64,000 bases of DNA from Octopus sinensis (lineage: Eukaryota): assembly GCF_006345805.1 (NCBI RefSeq), contig NC_043007.1:29326001-29390000 (forward strand), read 5' to 3'. Shown here piece by piece: positions 61,821 to 64,000 of this stretch (position 1 is its first letter; the number at the start of each line of letters is the position of its first letter). The notes beneath the pieces are model-generated. The model had not been told where the DNA came from, made no database searches, and saw only the letters and a list, made by a program, of their open reading frames with translations. A program made the position numbers and the translations under genes.

Positions 61821-62586
61821 ATGATGATGACAATAATAGAAAGAAGTGAGATTTCATCAGAATCACCAGAATTATGTCTTAGAATTAAGGAATAGGGGAT
61901 TAAATTACTTAGTTGGTCCTGTTTTTATCGATAAACATCCAATGAAGTGTCTGGAATGTATATTACTCTCATGGTAACCTCATGACTTCCTGTTTTCACA
62001 CCCTTCGTTAAGGAGCGAGGGTCATTTAAAGCTTTGCGACCTCGCAAATGAAAGCAGGATTTTCGAAGTCTGTACTTATTCATTTCAAAACCTAGTTTTG
62101 AAGTCCCTTAAGTGAATCCTTCAAAGTTTGAGGCTATTCATGTTGAAAATTAATCTAGAGTTAACTTAAATCCTTAACTTAAAATTCTAAAATCGAAAAT
62201 TTCATTTGGAAATTCCTTAAATAACAGTTTGGCGTTGTGGTGCCTTGCGTCGAACCTGATTTTGAAGCCATTTAGGTGAAAACTCAGAATAAATCGTCAT
62301 TCAACCAAAAGCTATGTTTGGTCCTTGTTAAGGGTCATAAAGCTAATTTTGAAATTCTTAAAGTGGGAACCTAATTTTAAGTTCCCTATCATCGAAATGT
62401 AATTTTGGGATCTCAAAGAAGGAACATGATAATAAAGAAATTGTTCACATTGTCTCTCAATTCTACATCATTATATTGATTTCTAAGATGGCAGCAGATT
62501 TACACGGAGGAAGTAAAATGAAAGAGAAAGAACTCTGAGCGGTCAAAGACAGCAGGGTTTCCAAAAAAATGTTATTTCTTACTCAC

Positions 62587-62754
62587 CATCCAAAGAAGTG
62601 GAGCCTTTGTTGTCCTTACCAATCTCAGCCAAAGACATGCTTCGCTTTCCCGTTGTGCTATTAATCGACTCTTCTTCTTTCTCCTCCTCCAACATCTCGA
62701 ATCGATAGGATCGATACATCTCATCCACTCCATTGATATCGGAATCGGAATAAT
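62587..62754 (-). CDS. Synaptotagmin-like tandem-C2 gene, first exon in window (168 nt, phase 1/1)
   Basis: Minus-strand ttccag| and |gtgagt. Translates YSDSDINGVDEMYRSYRFEMLEEEKEEESINSTTGKRSMSLAEIGKDNKGSTSLD. Assigned by splice sites and phase fit with the next exon. Confidence 0.75.
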
Positions 62755-62861
62755 CTGGAAGACAATAGAACAGAATTCAAAATGGTATCGCTCATGGTTT
62801 GAATTTGTGTGTGCTGTGAGTGTGTGTATGTATATATAAATATACATATATATTCTTTTTT

Positions 62862-63237
62862 TCTTTTACCTGTTTCAGTCATTTGACTGCGGCCATGCTG
62901 GAGCACCGCCTTTAATCGAACAAATTGACCCCAGGACTTATTCGTTGTTAGCCTGTACTTATTCTATCGGTCTCTTTTGCCGAACCGCTAAGTTACGGGG
63001 ACGTAAACACACCAGCATCGGTTGTCAAGCGATGTTGGGGGACAAATACACACACACACACACACACACACACATATGATGGGCTTCTTTCAGTTTCCAT
63101 CTACCAAATCCATTCACAAGGCTTTGGTCGGCCCGATGCTATAGTAGAAGACACTTGCTCAAGGTGCCATGCAGTGGGACTGAACTCGGAACCATGTTGT
63201 TGGTAAGCAAGCTACTTACCACACAGCCACTCCCACG

Positions 63238-63240
<3 letters not shown>
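62862..63240 (-). mobile_element. SINE family A copy
   Basis: Colinear with 2270-2667. Confidence 0.85.
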
Positions 63241-63279
<39 letters not shown>

Positions 63280-63310
63280 TATATATATATATATAATATA
63301 ATATTATATA

Positions 63311-63351
<41 letters not shown>

Positions 63352-63357
63352 TATATA

Positions 63358-63451
<94 letters not shown>

Positions 63452-63455
63452 ATAT

Positions 63456-63542
63456 AATTGTTTTCCATACTTACAGTTGAAAAAGTCTCAATGATTTTAA
63501 AAATTATTTTAGCATTTTCAACTGTAAGTATGGAAAACAATT
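63456..63542. repeat. Perfect 28-bp inverted repeat with a 31-nt spacer, next to (TA)n
   Basis: AATTGTTTTCCATACTTACAGTTGAAAA / TTTTCAACTGTAAGTATGGAAAACAATT. Confidence 0.95.
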
Positions 63543-64000
63543 AAATTTTGGAAAAATGAAATGGAAAGTATTTTAAAAGAATATCTGCATAGTATTCAAA
63601 TGGAAGGGGCATTTGCTTGTTTCTGCTTGTCACTTACACAAACACACACATATGTGTATGCATATAACTCCATATACTTATGGGTCTATGGGTGAGGACA
63701 GGTGTCTGCGCCTACGAAACTCTAAGTAATGTAGACTGAGTCAACCTGCTATGAAATCATTAAAAGTCCATATTTGGTTTATCAACATGTTCTTTGACGT
63801 GAACATTTAACCTCACATAGCAACAGTCAAGTTATTTATTGTGTTTCTTAAATAGTATTCAGTATCTATAACAAATATACAAGACGTTCTGACAATGACC
63901 ATTAGGTTTACTTTGATATTGGGACATGTCTGGCTATCTCTAGTTTCATTACATCAGAACAACCAACTCTCGTGACTGACAGACACGACCACTTCCATTT

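Noticed and set aside
62572-62847. Track ORF resembling a transmembrane segment plus basic patch (FCSIVFQIIPI...RRRKKK) as the synaptotagmin anchor
   Set aside because: It crosses the acceptor and is in a different frame from the phase-compatible exon 62587-62754. The true N-terminus lies outside the window.

Overview
AT-rich, microsatellite-dense animal genomic DNA. The SINE/LINE repertoire and simple-repeat load suggest Octopus or another cephalopod; that assignment is inference from recall, not a search. The window holds two convergent spliced genes. (1) The 3' nine coding exons of BBS1 on the + strand (385..17666, stop at 17664-17666). (2) Eight coding exons of a synaptotagmin-like tandem-C2 gene on the - strand (62754..36587, 5' end outside the window); both C2 domains lack most Ca2+-binding aspartates and C2B is His-rich. 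The rest is mostly transposon-derived: an R4/Dong LINE and a companion non-autonomous element that both insert in (TAA)n, tRNA-derived SINEs, RTE/CR1/Tx1/Penelope/mariner fragments, MITEs and a Helitron. The most unusual signal is a set of minimal type I hammerhead ribozyme motifs of the kind known from Penelope-like elements. Several sit in long foldbacks where an upstream antisense copy would pair with and block the ribozyme. The best example (54108..54396) carries a complete hammerhead core in the sense orientation of the C2-gene pre-mRNA. All folds were worked out by eye and are untested. Almost all ORFs in the supplied track are microsatellite artefacts.
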